From Candidatus Freyarchaeum deiterrae (GTDB taxonomy: Archaea > Asgardarchaeota > Jordiarchaeia > Jordiarchaeales > Jordiarchaeaceae): DNA of 64,000 bases. Below, piece by piece: positions 9,887 through 20,113 of the stretch. Position 1 is the stretch's first letter, and each line of letters starts with the position of its first letter. The stretch covers positions 2,080,001-2,144,000 of the forward strand of contig CP147778.1 of assembly GCA_037305845.1 (NCBI GenBank). The letters are read 5' to 3'. A program made the position numbers and the translations under genes. Under the pieces are notes generated by a model that was not told the origin of the DNA, made no database searches, and saw nothing but the letters and a program-made list of their open reading frames with translations.

Positions 9887-11143
9887 TTGAATGCAAAGAG
9901 TGTACGTATGAGAGGTTTTCCAGAATACATCAAAGTTGAAGATGCGTTAACCAAAATTCTAACAAGAATTCAAAGAACAGAGCCTGAAGCAATACCAGTA
10001 ACGGAATCTCTGGGAAGAATCATCTACGATGATATTCATTCCTCGAGGGATATTCCTCACTTCGACAGAGCTGCGATGGACGGCTATGCGGTCATAGCAG
10101 AAGACACCTTCGGATCCAGCCAGCACAAACCCACCAAACTAAAAGTTATAGGAGAAGTGACTGTTGGGAAGCCTCCCAAACTCAAAGTATCCAGAGGAGA
10201 AGCTGCTCAAATAGCCACTGGAGCGCCTGTACCTTCAAAGGCGAATGCTGTAGTAATGGTCGAATACACAAATCCTATCAATAGTGAAATAGAGGTATAC
10301 AGCCCAGTCACTCCCGGTCAAAATGTCTCCAAAATAGGAGAAGATGTAAAAAGGGGTCAGAAGGTAATAAGCAGCGGGAAACAAATAAGGCCTCAAGAGG
10401 AAGCAATGCTTCTACAGTGTGGAATAACCGAAATGAGAGTGGCTAAGAAACCGCAGGTAGCGATAGTCTCTACGGGAAACGAACTCGTGGATATTAACAC
10501 GCCGCCTGAAATAGGACAGGTGGTTGGCACAAATAGTTACGCCCTAGCATCCCTGGTTAGGGTCTATGGTGGAGAGCCCAAAATTCTCGGAATCTATCCC
10601 GACGTACCAGAGGAACTTGAAAAAGCAATAGATGAAGCATCAAAATACGATGCTGGAGTTTTCACAGGCGGCACTTCAGTAGGTAAATATGATTATCTTC
10701 CTAGCCTCCTTGAAAAAAAGGGAGAGCTGGTTTTTCACGGGGTAGCCATGAAACCGGGAAGCCCTGTCGCGTTTTCTTTTATTGAAGATAAGCCAATATT
10801 TAGCCTCCCAGGGTATCCTGCAGCGACCATAATAGCTTTCACAGTTTTCGTCGCGCCCTCGATAAGAAAGATGCTGGGAGCAGGAAAACTAGATCCCCGT
10901 GTATTTGTTGAAGCGAAAATGTCCGGAAAGGTTGCCTCAACACTGGGTAGGCGAGATTTTGTCCGCGTCAAAATTGAGGAAACCGATGAGGGTATCTTGG
11001 CTGTGCCCCTAAGAGCTAGTGGTTCTGGTGTTATGAGTAGCATGGTGGACGCAGATGGGCTTGTGGAGATCCCGGAGAATGTGGAGGGCATAAACGAAGG
11101 GGAACTAGTAAGAGTTGCTCTATTTCCGCACATTGTTGCGTAA
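9887..11143 (+). CDS. moeA: Molybdopterin molybdenumtransferase MoeA (paralog 1)
   Basis: FDRAAMDGYAV, IATGAP, STGNEL, GGTSVG, MKPGSP, LPGYP. Confidence 0.92.
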   Translation: MNAKSVRMRGFPEYIKVEDALTKILTRIQRTEPEAIPVTESLGRIIYDDIHSSRDIPHFDRAAMDGYAVIAEDTFGSSQHKPTKLKVIGEVTVGKPPKLKVSRGEAAQIATGAPVPSKANAVVMVEYTNPINSEIEVYSPVTPGQNVSKIGEDVKRGQKVISSGKQIRPQEEAMLLQCGITEMRVAKKPQVAIVSTGNELVDINTPPEIGQVVGTNSYALASLVRVYGGEPKILGIYPDVPEELEKAIDEASKYDAGVFTGGTSVGKYDYLPSLLEKKGELVFHGVAMKPGSPVAFSFIEDKPIFSLPGYPAATIIAFTVFVAPSIRKMLGAGKLDPRVFVEAKMSGKVASTLGRRDFVRVKIEETDEGILAVPLRASGSGVMSSMVDADGLVEIPENVEGINEGELVRVALFPHIVA

Positions 11144-11158
11144 AGGGAGAAATGAAAA

Positions 11159-12394
11159 ATGGGAGAAGAAACACAAAAGAGCTTTTACACCACAACACCC
11201 CTCGAAGAGGTGCTTAGAGAATTATCCAAAATCAGCATAAAAAGAAGAATTGACGAAGTTAGTATAAACGAGGCCTTTGGGCGGGTTCTCTCTGAAGATT
11301 TCTTTTCACCAATTAATGTGCCACATTTCAAAAGAGCCTCAAAGGATGGGTACGCTGTCAAGGCAATTGATACGTTTGGATCGGAAGAAAACGAGCCAAA
11401 AACACTGAAAGTTCTAGGAGAAATAAGAGCGGGAGAAAAAAGTAATCTAGCCACAGAGAAGGGAGGATGTATTAAAATTGCCACAGGAGCTCTCATGCCT
11501 GAAGGTGCGGATGCTGTTGTGATGGTAGAGTTTACCGAGGAGGAAGAAAACCAAGTTCGCATTTACCGCCCCGTCTCTCCAGAGGAAAACGTGATAAAAA
11601 TTGGCGGAGATATAAAAGAAAAACAGAAAGTGCTTGAAAAAGGAACTATCTTAAACATCCAAGACTTGGGGGTGCTCTCAGCAACCGGTGCTACCGAGGT
11701 AAAAGTTTACTCCAAACCATTAGTAACGGTTGCGAGCACAGGAAACGAAATAATAAATCCCGGGGACAATCTGGAACCAGGAAAAATTTATGACATCAAC
11801 TCTATTACGATAACCCAAGCCGTCAGGCAATCAGGGGGAGAGCCTACCTATAGGGGAGTCATTCCTGATGATAAAGATGAATTAGTAAAAGCCATCAAAT
11901 ACTCTCTGGAAAACGCTGACATTGCAGTATTCTCGGGGGGAACTTCAAAGGGTCCCGGTGATACCGTGCCTACCGCACTACATCAAGTGGGTAAACCGGA
12001 CTTTCTAATACACGGAGTTTCAATCAAACCCGGAAAACCAACAGCAGTAGCCGCCTACAACGGGAAACCAGTCTTTATGTTGCCGGGGTATCCTACTTCT
12101 GCGCTTATGGTATACTACATCATTGTAGATCCCCAGATTCGGAGATGGGCGGGTCTACCTCCGAGAAGCAGACCCCGAGTAAAAGCTATAGCTGGACAGA
12201 GAATATACTCAGAACGTGGAAGATTAAACTTACAACCAGTCCGACTTGAAAATGAGAAGGGAGAACTCAGAGCTTATCCGGTTCCCACGGGTTCTGAAGC
12301 CATAACCACACTGGCATCTTCACAGGGATATATAGAGATAAAACCAGAAATTCAATTCATAGAAAAAGGAGAAGAAGTTTTGGTCTATATTTGA
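11159..12394 (+). CDS. moeA: Molybdopterin molybdenumtransferase MoeA (paralog 2)
   Basis: DGYAV, IATGALMPEGADAVVMVE, STGNEI, GGTSKG, IKPGKP, LPGYP. Confidence 0.92.
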   Translation: MGEETQKSFYTTTPLEEVLRELSKISIKRRIDEVSINEAFGRVLSEDFFSPINVPHFKRASKDGYAVKAIDTFGSEENEPKTLKVLGEIRAGEKSNLATEKGGCIKIATGALMPEGADAVVMVEFTEEEENQVRIYRPVSPEENVIKIGGDIKEKQKVLEKGTILNIQDLGVLSATGATEVKVYSKPLVTVASTGNEIINPGDNLEPGKIYDINSITITQAVRQSGGEPTYRGVIPDDKDELVKAIKYSLENADIAVFSGGTSKGPGDTVPTALHQVGKPDFLIHGVSIKPGKPTAVAAYNGKPVFMLPGYPTSALMVYYIIVDPQIRRWAGLPPRSRPRVKAIAGQRIYSERGRLNLQPVRLENEKGELRAYPVPTGSEAITTLASSQGYIEIKPEIQFIEKGEEVLVYI

Positions 12395-12471
12395 TCGTAG
12401 AGGAACTTTTGTAGGTATTTTCAAGAAATATTAAATAATTTATGTTACACGCGTTATAAAATGCAATAAAT

Positions 12472-12606
12472 ATCTGGGAAGATATGATTCACGTATTTCC
12501 TGCATTTGCTGGGTTTGCACCAGAGGGTCGCCAGGCTATTGAGCAAATCGGAGAATTCATACAAAAATTTTTCATAGAGAAGAAAACATCTACAAGGATA
12601 TCCTAA
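12472..12606 (+). pseudogene. C-terminal remnant of an HSL-type alpha/beta hydrolase
   Basis: Translates IWEDMIHVFPAFAGFAPEGRQAIEQIGEFIQKFF (catalytic-His region); in-frame TAA at 12457 and no N-terminal part. Confidence 0.6.
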
Positions 12607-12640
12607 ATGAGCAGAATTTATCTTTGCTTCGATAAGTTAT

Positions 12641-13951
12641 TTAACATTTAAATTTTTCAAGTTCAGGGCTGTTAAGCACTTCTGAGATTATCTTCATGGC
12701 GCAGAACTCCCCGCACATGGTGCAGGATTTTGGTTCCTTAGCTTCCCTCCTTTCATGGAATAACTTTGCTTTTTTAGGATCTAGGGATAACTCGTATTGT
12801 TTTTCCCAGTCTATGGCTATTCTGGCTTGAGCCATTTCGTTATCCCGTTTGGATGCCTTGTTTCCAAGTTTTGCGATGTCTGCTGCGTGAGCTGCTATTT
12901 TTGAGGCGATAACACCTTCTTTAACATCTTCTTCATCAGGGAGACCTAAGTGTTCTGCGGGAGTGACGTAGCAGAGGAAGTCAGCTCCTTCCATAGCTGC
13001 TATAGCGCCTCCGATAGCGCTTGTGATGTGGTCATAACCCGGTGCTAAATCTGTCACCAGGGGGCCTAGCACATAGAACGGTGCACCCTTGCACAAGGCT
13101 TTTTGGATTCGAACATTTGGTCCAATCTGGTTGATTGGCATATGCCCCGGCCCTTCTACCATTACTTGTACCTCTTTTTCTCTTGCTCTCTCCACGAGTT
13201 CACTGATTGTTAAAAGCTCCTGCATCTGGAGCTGGTCGCTTGCATCATTGACACAGCCGGGTCTGAAGCCGTCCCCAAGGCTGAGTGTGAAATCGTACTC
13301 TTTTGCTAGTTCCAGTAAGTATTCGTAGTTGGAGTATAATGGGTTTTCTTGTTCGTTGTGTAGTATCCAAGCGGCGTGGAAGGTTCCTCCCCGGCTTACC
13401 ATGGGTATTATTCTTCTACGCTTGGTCAGAATTTCTACTGTTTTTCTTGTAACGCCCACATGGACTGTCATAAAGTCTACTCCGTCTTCGGCGTGCTTCT
13501 CGATAGCTTTGAACATATCATCCTCGTCCATGTCCACTATTGCTCCCTTTTTTTTGATTGCTTCGATTCCCGCTTGATAAATGGGCACGGTGCCTAGAGG
13601 TACGTCGGTGTTTTCTATTATTGTTCTTCTAATGGCGTTAATGTCTCCTCCAGTGCTTAGGTCCATTATGGTGTCTGCTCCATACTCCACCGCGATCTTG
13701 GCTTTTCTTAATTCATAGTTTGAATCGGTAAAATCTACGGATGAACCAATGTTTGCATTTATCTTTGTACGGAGGCCTTCACCTATTCCAAGCGGCTTAA
13801 CATTCTCCCGCTTAATATTTCTGGTTACGACCACCCTCCCGGATGCAATTAGTTCCAATAATTTTTCCACTGGAATCTCTTCGTTTTCTGAAACTTGTTT
13901 CGCTTCGTCCGTTGCAATTCCTTTTCTGGCTGATTGAATCTGAGTTGTCAA
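12641..13951 (-). CDS. thiC: Phosphomethylpyrimidine synthase ThiC (ThiC/BzaAB family)
   Basis: KINANIG, DTIMDLSTG, GTVPIYQ, VSRGG, EGPGH, YVTPAEHL, CTMCGEFC. Confidence 0.93.
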   Translation of the reverse strand: MTTQIQSARKGIATDEAKQVSENEEIPVEKLLELIASGRVVVTRNIKRENVKPLGIGEGLRTKINANIGSSVDFTDSNYELRKAKIAVEYGADTIMDLSTGGDINAIRRTIIENTDVPLGTVPIYQAGIEAIKKKGAIVDMDEDDMFKAIEKHAEDGVDFMTVHVGVTRKTVEILTKRRRIIPMVSRGGTFHAAWILHNEQENPLYSNYEYLLELAKEYDFTLSLGDGFRPGCVNDASDQLQMQELLTISELVERAREKEVQVMVEGPGHMPINQIGPNVRIQKALCKGAPFYVLGPLVTDLAPGYDHITSAIGGAIAAMEGADFLCYVTPAEHLGLPDEEDVKEGVIASKIAAHAADIAKLGNKASKRDNEMAQARIAIDWEKQYELSLDPKKAKLFHERREAKEPKSCTMCGEFCAMKIISEVLNSPELEKFKC

Positions 13952-14316
13952 ATGTTTAACACTCCATTAACCATCAAAAAGTAGTTGATTGCTCCAAATT
14001 TTCTGGTTCAAATCTTTACGTAAGTAAATAATTACAAAATTAAAAAGATTTCCGATAACAAAGAAACAGTTATCAAATGTAAAAAATATTACTTTTCACC
14101 AGAAATTTTGGAAGTAAAAAAGCGTTTGAAAATTACAGGGATTGAAGAAGCTCTAGAAAGAAGAGCGATGAGCTTTTAAATGTTTCAGTCTACAACTAAA
14201 AGGAACCCTAAATTTTATTGTGGAAATTCGAGGCGGTCAGCAAACATTTTTAAGTAAAAGGATAGTTTAAAGAATTATAATCGAGTGTTATTCCCAGTTA
14301 TCTGGAGTTGAAATGT

Positions 14317-14607
14317 ATGTCTGAACGTCAACCGTTACAAATTCTCCTAAAAGCAATTAATAACGTGGTCCAGGTTAAACTAAAAGATGGTAAAATATTC
14401 AAAGGTAGACTGTCTCATTGCGACTCCTATATGAACCTGTGTCTTACGAGCGCCGAGGAACTGGATGGCGATGACCCAGTAGCTAGATATGGTGAAGTTT
14501 TTATACGCGGTAATAATATTCTATTCATTAAACCAGACGCCGAGGCTCTCGATTTCTCAGAAACAGAACCTAGAGAAAAGGCAAGAGAGACCAAAGGTAA
14601 AAAGTAA
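14317..14607 (+). CDS. Sm-like archaeal protein (SmAP/LSm)
   Basis: VQVKLKDGKIFKGRLSHCDSYMNLCL and FIRGNNILFI (Sm1/Sm2 motifs). Confidence 0.9.
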   Translation: MSERQPLQILLKAINNVVQVKLKDGKIFKGRLSHCDSYMNLCLTSAEELDGDDPVARYGEVFIRGNNILFIKPDAEALDFSETEPREKARETKGKK

Positions 14608-14678
14608 AAACAGAAGATTATTACACCTTTATGGATAGAATTACTTCGTCATGTTTTGCTTGCAGCTGGGGAGGGACG

Positions 14679-16760
14679 TTAATGATCTTCTGATAAATCT
14701 CGTTGCCGTTCTTCTCTGTACTGCTTGACAACAGTGTCCAATAATTGCTCTGCTTGAACTTTCTTCTGCTCTTGTGCCGCTTCTCTGTATTTGGCTAGTA
14801 CTCTCTCTAATTCTTCCTTATCTATAACTGCGAATTCATCCACTTGTTTTATGTTGACATCTTCGCAGGGAATAACAGGTATGTCCGCCTCTACAAACCG
14901 TTCTAGCGCAGTGTGCGACATTCCGGAACCGCAGATAACCGCAGAGATTTGTTTCTGTGCAAGAAATTCAGCTGCCTGACGTCCTCCACCTGTGGAATCT
15001 TTGAGGAATATTATATCTCCGGCTTTTATTCCTAGGAGTTCGTCTGCCTTGCGAATTTCTTCTTGTGTGAAGGCCTTCACAGTTTTTAGGGGGTATAAGA
15101 TTCCTCTGGATTCCATAAGCTTCATTCTTCTAAGACCTGATAATTGAAGCCTAGTAGTGGATAATTCATTTTTTAATTTAGCTAATTCGGATTTCAATCT
15201 GGCGTTCTCCTCTTGGTATCTTTTATGCATACGGTCGAGTTTAATTTCAGCAAAATTTTCGGAACGTAGAGTTTCTAGTTTATTATTCAGAGAATTAATC
15301 TCTTCCTTCAAGGTTTGGTTAGTGTTCTGTGATTCTGAAAACAGTTCTTCTAGTCGTTGAATCGTTTCTCTCTGTCTTTTTAATTTCGAGCGGTACTGAT
15401 CTAGTTTTTTCTTAAGTTTATCAGTGACTTCTTCAGGAGGTTCCTCTAATATCGTCGCTTCTTCCGTTTCGTCATCTTCCTCTTCTTCTAAAAATGACAT
15501 TATTGCCTCATTCATTGTAGCCCCTCTGGCAACTGAGGCTTTGACTTGATCTAGAGGAACATCAACATTCATTTCTTTTACATGCGCCTCAACTTGCTCA
15601 AATTTATTTTTGAGAGCTTGGTACGCCTTTATAGCTGAAGCCAAAGCGTCACGCTGGTGTGAATCCCTGACTTTTAGATTCTTTCCCTCCAGAAATTTTC
15701 TAGTAATCTCTCTTTTCTCAGTAACACTCATTGTATGAGAGGGAGAAAATAGTTTGGCGTTAACGGATTTAGCTAATTTTTTTACAAATTCAGGTGGTGG
15801 ATAAACATCTGAGCATATATATACTGGGACACCAAAATTCGAAGTTTCTTTTATAATATCTTTACGGGTTAGTTCCTTTTGGCTGCGGAGAGAGAGCAGG
15901 TTTGCGTTTAGGTCTAAAACGGCTAGACCGCAGGTTACACCGGGATCTATTCCCAGAATCAGGCTCCTCTTGGATACTGGTGTGCTGACTTTTGGAATTA
16001 GAGGTATCCACTCTAATTTGTCAAGAACCACTGGTTCAAACTTAACTTGAATATCACGACTTCTGGTCGGTTTTACAACTCCCTCTAGTTTTGCTCGTTC
16101 GGTATATACAAGAAACTTGGCTTGCTTTAAACCATGTTCAGATTCTTTGATGTAAAGGTCATAATCTATTTTGGCATCGTCCAAGTTATTTTTAATCTTT
16201 TGAGTAATCTGCAAAACGAAAGAATGCAGTCTCCTCCGAAATCTCTCTGAGCTGGAGCCACCAGGTCCTAGAGTTCTACCTCTTGAAACAATAATCTTAG
16301 TTTCGTTCTCAAAAGCGGAAACAATGTAGCCTACTTCCTTGGCAGCGAGTCGTGCACAAACTTCTGCAGCGCCAGTTGGACTCAATTTTGAAGATGTAGT
16401 TAATTCATACCTTGCCGCGATAGCGGCTAGTGGCTCCATCCCCCCTGCTGGTGAACCAGTAACCTGCACCAGCTTCGTACGCGCCGGAAAACGCCTAATA
16501 AGATATATTATCCCCTTTGCATCTGAAGCAAATTCGAAAATATTATCGGAGGCAACAATGTCAGGCTCAATCTCATTAATAGTTTCCAAGAGCTCTCTTA
16601 GGCTAAGCTTTTCAAAGCTTTTATTACCGTTGCTACTTAACAAAAAAGCTGCGTATTTTTGAATTGTAGATAAGGGGGAGCCCATTGGCAAAATGTCTAC
16701 GCCAAGAATAGTGGAATTTGATGAGCTTTTTAACAATTTTAGACCACCGCTCGGATTCAA
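14679..16760 (-). CDS. DUF460-domain RNase H-like / coiled-coil protein
   Basis: ILGVDI, ILGIDPG, DSHQRDALA and a long coiled coil; typical archaeal COG2433 architecture. Confidence 0.8.
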   Translation of the reverse strand: MNPSGGLKLLKSSSNSTILGVDILPMGSPLSTIQKYAAFLLSSNGNKSFEKLSLRELLETINEIEPDIVASDNIFEFASDAKGIIYLIRRFPARTKLVQVTGSPAGGMEPLAAIAARYELTTSSKLSPTGAAEVCARLAAKEVGYIVSAFENETKIIVSRGRTLGPGGSSSERFRRRLHSFVLQITQKIKNNLDDAKIDYDLYIKESEHGLKQAKFLVYTERAKLEGVVKPTRSRDIQVKFEPVVLDKLEWIPLIPKVSTPVSKRSLILGIDPGVTCGLAVLDLNANLLSLRSQKELTRKDIIKETSNFGVPVYICSDVYPPPEFVKKLAKSVNAKLFSPSHTMSVTEKREITRKFLEGKNLKVRDSHQRDALASAIKAYQALKNKFEQVEAHVKEMNVDVPLDQVKASVARGATMNEAIMSFLEEEEDDETEEATILEEPPEEVTDKLKKKLDQYRSKLKRQRETIQRLEELFSESQNTNQTLKEEINSLNNKLETLRSENFAEIKLDRMHKRYQEENARLKSELAKLKNELSTTRLQLSGLRRMKLMESRGILYPLKTVKAFTQEEIRKADELLGIKAGDIIFLKDSTGGGRQAAEFLAQKQISAVICGSGMSHTALERFVEADIPVIPCEDVNIKQVDEFAVIDKEELERVLAKYREAAQEQKKVQAEQLLDTVVKQYREERQRDLSEDH

Positions 16761-16912
16761 AATCCAAACACTAAATAACCCTTCCTCAGTTTAACAATTG
16801 GTATCGTGATATTTTTACCTTTATCTTCTGGATAAACGTTTTTTTGATTATATATTTTAAATCCTAAGCTTAAATTCCTCAGGAAAGGTGTTTATGTTAG
16901 CGAAATTACAAA

Positions 16913-17788
16913 TTACGCGGCTTGCTCAATCGTTTTTAAAACTTCTTCCAAATCTTTTTTTATTCCAAACTGCCTTTCAAAAAAGTGGAGAATATTAAAA
17001 ATATCTCTCCGCAGATTCTCTGAAGCGTTTATACTATTTGATTTTACCCACTGGGGCCAATCTATTAAAACTATATGAAGATCGGGTTTAACGATGACGT
17101 TATGTTCGCTAAGATCGGAATGCACTACACCAATCTTATACGCCTGCTTTACATTATCCAGAATTTCATTGAGCACCCGGAACGAATAAGGTAATTTTCT
17201 GACTAGAATGAGTTCATCGCCCTCCACAAAATCCATAACAACAACATGTCGATTATGACCCTTTGGTCTGGGTACGCTAATCCCCGCTTCGAAAAGAATT
17301 TTGAGCGCCTCATACTCTTTTTCAGCTGAAATCCTACTGGCATTAAACCATGAATGAATTTTATTACGGGTATAACTGCGTGTTCTACGTATTTGTCTGA
17401 AGCTGGTTAAACCAAGTCTATGAATTTTAATTATAACTCTTTCTTTGGATGGGGTTAAGCCATCGTAAACATCCGATTCTTTTCCAACACCTATTTGGTG
17501 GCCGAATGCTTCAATAATGTTTGAAGAAACAAGTGAACCGAGAGCTAAACAATCATATCCCGGAATTGTTAATCTATAACCAATGTAAGAAACAGACCAT
17601 CGAACGAAAAGATTCAGCTTGTGAAGATGATCCAGTCTATTAATAACTTCATCCGAACGCCTGTTATAAACTTTCAAAATGTAATCAAGGGGAACATGCT
17701 CATATTTCCCCATCCCTTTTTCTACAATTGACAGGATTCTAAAATCTTCAGCCTCTAACTGCTTGAAAGAATTGATTGTTTTTTCCAT
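16913..17788 (-). CDS. rio2: RIO2-family serine/threonine kinase
   Basis: N-terminal wHTH (GYRLTIPGYDCLAL), GVGKESDVY, HSDLSEHN, IDWPQ; start is uncertain (ORF extends to 17845). Confidence 0.9.
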   Translation of the reverse strand: MEKTINSFKQLEAEDFRILSIVEKGMGKYEHVPLDYILKVYNRRSDEVINRLDHLHKLNLFVRWSVSYIGYRLTIPGYDCLALGSLVSSNIIEAFGHQIGVGKESDVYDGLTPSKERVIIKIHRLGLTSFRQIRRTRSYTRNKIHSWFNASRISAEKEYEALKILFEAGISVPRPKGHNRHVVVMDFVEGDELILVRKLPYSFRVLNEILDNVKQAYKIGVVHSDLSEHNVIVKPDLHIVLIDWPQWVKSNSINASENLRRDIFNILHFFERQFGIKKDLEEVLKTIEQAA

Positions 17789-18286
17789 TTGTAACACCGA
17801 AAGGATGTTAAAAGGCTTGAAGCTCATTAAAAAGTAATACATCAACTACTTTAAATTATTTTTATCATTTCAAAGGCACGTTTTTCCAAATCTATCGGCA
17901 TATTAAACATTGTTTGAGGATATTTGCTTGGATATGATATAAATCTATTTGAGAAAGTTTAGTAAAATATATGAAAACCCACAAATCCATTAAAAATTTG
18001 GAAGGGCGCCGGAGCAGTTGTTATTCTTATGTGATTTTTTAATATTTAACTTAAAAAAAAGCAAGTGCAGGATTTTTTTCTGAATCCACTCTGGTTCTAC
18101 AGGATCTTTTATGTGTGATCGTGGACACATGGTTTATGTTCAATTAAACTAAGCATTTCTGAATATATGTCAACTTGGTACTGGATTTTAAATACAAAAA
18201 CATAATTTATCATAACTTTTATGAACAAATCACAATAAGATTTATATTCTGTTAAAGTAATTTGTATAAAAAAAAGAGGTTGAACT

Positions 18287-19753
18287 ATGCCAAAAGCTAA
18301 TATCAGATCCAGTGAGGATTTGAATAGAAAAATTTTAGAGACGATAAAGGAAGATCAAGTTAGATGGATAGATCTACAATTTCTGGATGTACCCGGCTTT
18401 CTTCAACACATCACGGTGCCTTCGCACACGTTAGATGAGGCGAGTTTCATCGATGGCATAGGTAAGCTAGACGGTTCCTCGATTAAAGGCTTCAAGGAAA
18501 TCTACGAGTCTGACATGCTTCTGATACCGGACTCAAGCACTTTTGCAATGATTCCATGGACGCAACAGAAAACTGCAAGAATGTTCACAGACCTGAGAGA
18601 AGCGTACGGCGGCCCAAGATTCTCAAGAGACCCACGCTACATCGCGCAGCAAGCAGAAGAGGCGGTCAAAAAAGCAGGATTTGATGTTTCCTATTGGGGA
18701 CCCGAGGCGGAGTACTTTGTATTCGACTCGGTGAAACTGCTTCCGAGCTATCTGTCTGCAAGAGATTCATGGGCTGGTACAGGTTACGCCATCGAATCTA
18801 AGGAAGCAATCTGGTCACAGGGTGGCATAAATTTTCCCATAAGAAATAAAGAGGGTTACTACCCTGCACCGCCTGAGGATACGCTTCAAGATTACCGTTC
18901 AGAAGTATGTTCGATTTTGGAAGATAACTTTGGTATATCTCTTGATGCTCATCACCATGAGGTAGCCACTGCTGGGCAAATAGAAATCGACATGGAATAC
19001 GATGAACTGTTGAAAATGGCAGACAATCTGGTTTCCTACAAATTTGTTGCAAAGAATGTTGCCTATATGAGAAAGATGATAGCTACATTTATGCCAAAGC
19101 CAATTTTTGGAGACAACGCAAGCGGAATGCACGTACATCAGAGCTTGTGGAAGGGTGGAAAAAACGTATTTTTCGACCCAGACGATGATTACGCAGAAAT
19201 AAGTCAAGTTTGCAGGTATTACGCAGGCGGCTTAATGGAACACAGTAGAGCTTTGGCAGCTATTGTTGCGCCAACGACAAATTCCTACAAGCGATTGGTG
19301 CCAGGATATGAGGCGCCGGTCTATGTTGCTTGGTCAAAGAGAAACCGCTCTGCCAATGTAAGAGTGCCTGTGTACCATAAGGGTGGCGAGTATGCAATGA
19401 AAACCAAGCGTGTTGAATTCCGTCCTCCTGACACAAGCTGCAATCCATACTACGCCTTTGGTGCAATGTTAGCCGCTGGTCTGGATGGTATAAAAAAGAA
19501 AACCGACCCTGGCGATCCAACGGATGAAAACATTTATCACCTAACCCCGAGTAAAAGGAAAGAGTTAGGCATAAAAGAGCTTCCTGGTTCGCTGAAAGAG
19601 GCGTTAGAAGAACTCAGCGGTGACAGAGAGTTTCTGGAGCCGATATTCCCAAGCGATTTAATAGATACTTGGATTGAGTTAAAGATGGAAGAGTATACGC
19701 AGAATTCAATCAGACCAACGCCATATGAATTCTACAGGTACTTTGATATTTAA
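18287..19753 (+). CDS. glnA: Glutamine synthetase type I (GSI-beta-like)
   Basis: DGSSIKGF, GPEAEYFVFD followed by a beta-type insertion, HHHEVATAGQ, NSYKRLVPGYEAP, DENIYHL. Confidence 0.95.
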   Translation: MPKANIRSSEDLNRKILETIKEDQVRWIDLQFLDVPGFLQHITVPSHTLDEASFIDGIGKLDGSSIKGFKEIYESDMLLIPDSSTFAMIPWTQQKTARMFTDLREAYGGPRFSRDPRYIAQQAEEAVKKAGFDVSYWGPEAEYFVFDSVKLLPSYLSARDSWAGTGYAIESKEAIWSQGGINFPIRNKEGYYPAPPEDTLQDYRSEVCSILEDNFGISLDAHHHEVATAGQIEIDMEYDELLKMADNLVSYKFVAKNVAYMRKMIATFMPKPIFGDNASGMHVHQSLWKGGKNVFFDPDDDYAEISQVCRYYAGGLMEHSRALAAIVAPTTNSYKRLVPGYEAPVYVAWSKRNRSANVRVPVYHKGGEYAMKTKRVEFRPPDTSCNPYYAFGAMLAAGLDGIKKKTDPGDPTDENIYHLTPSKRKELGIKELPGSLKEALEELSGDREFLEPIFPSDLIDTWIELKMEEYTQNSIRPTPYEFYRYFDI

Positions 19754-20113
19754 AAGAGAACGGTGAAAAATAGGGTCTACAAAGTTACAAGTGACGAAGA
19801 ATAAGTTTATGTTTCCAGAGAAAGGGTACTCGATGGTATAAACGTTTTGGGATTAGCCTTTTAGAGAGCTGTATGTCTTTTTCCTCTCCATCCTTTCTTT
19901 ATTTGAACTCATTGCAGTTTGTCCTGATACTATTTGAGAAGGCTTAACTTTGGCGGGCGTTCCTTTATTTCCTATGGTAACTCTGTTACAAAGAAATGAG
20001 GTAGCTACTAAAAATCAGAATAGAAAAACCGCAAGCTTTTTTAGTTTCTTTTGTTTTTGTTTTCGAAATCCGCGGAAAAATATGCTTCGTCTGTAATTTT
20101 TATAGGTGGTTTA

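Noticed and set aside
13952-14300. TPP riboswitch upstream of thiC
   Set aside because: No CUGAGA / CCUGA...GGGA core found on the minus strand.
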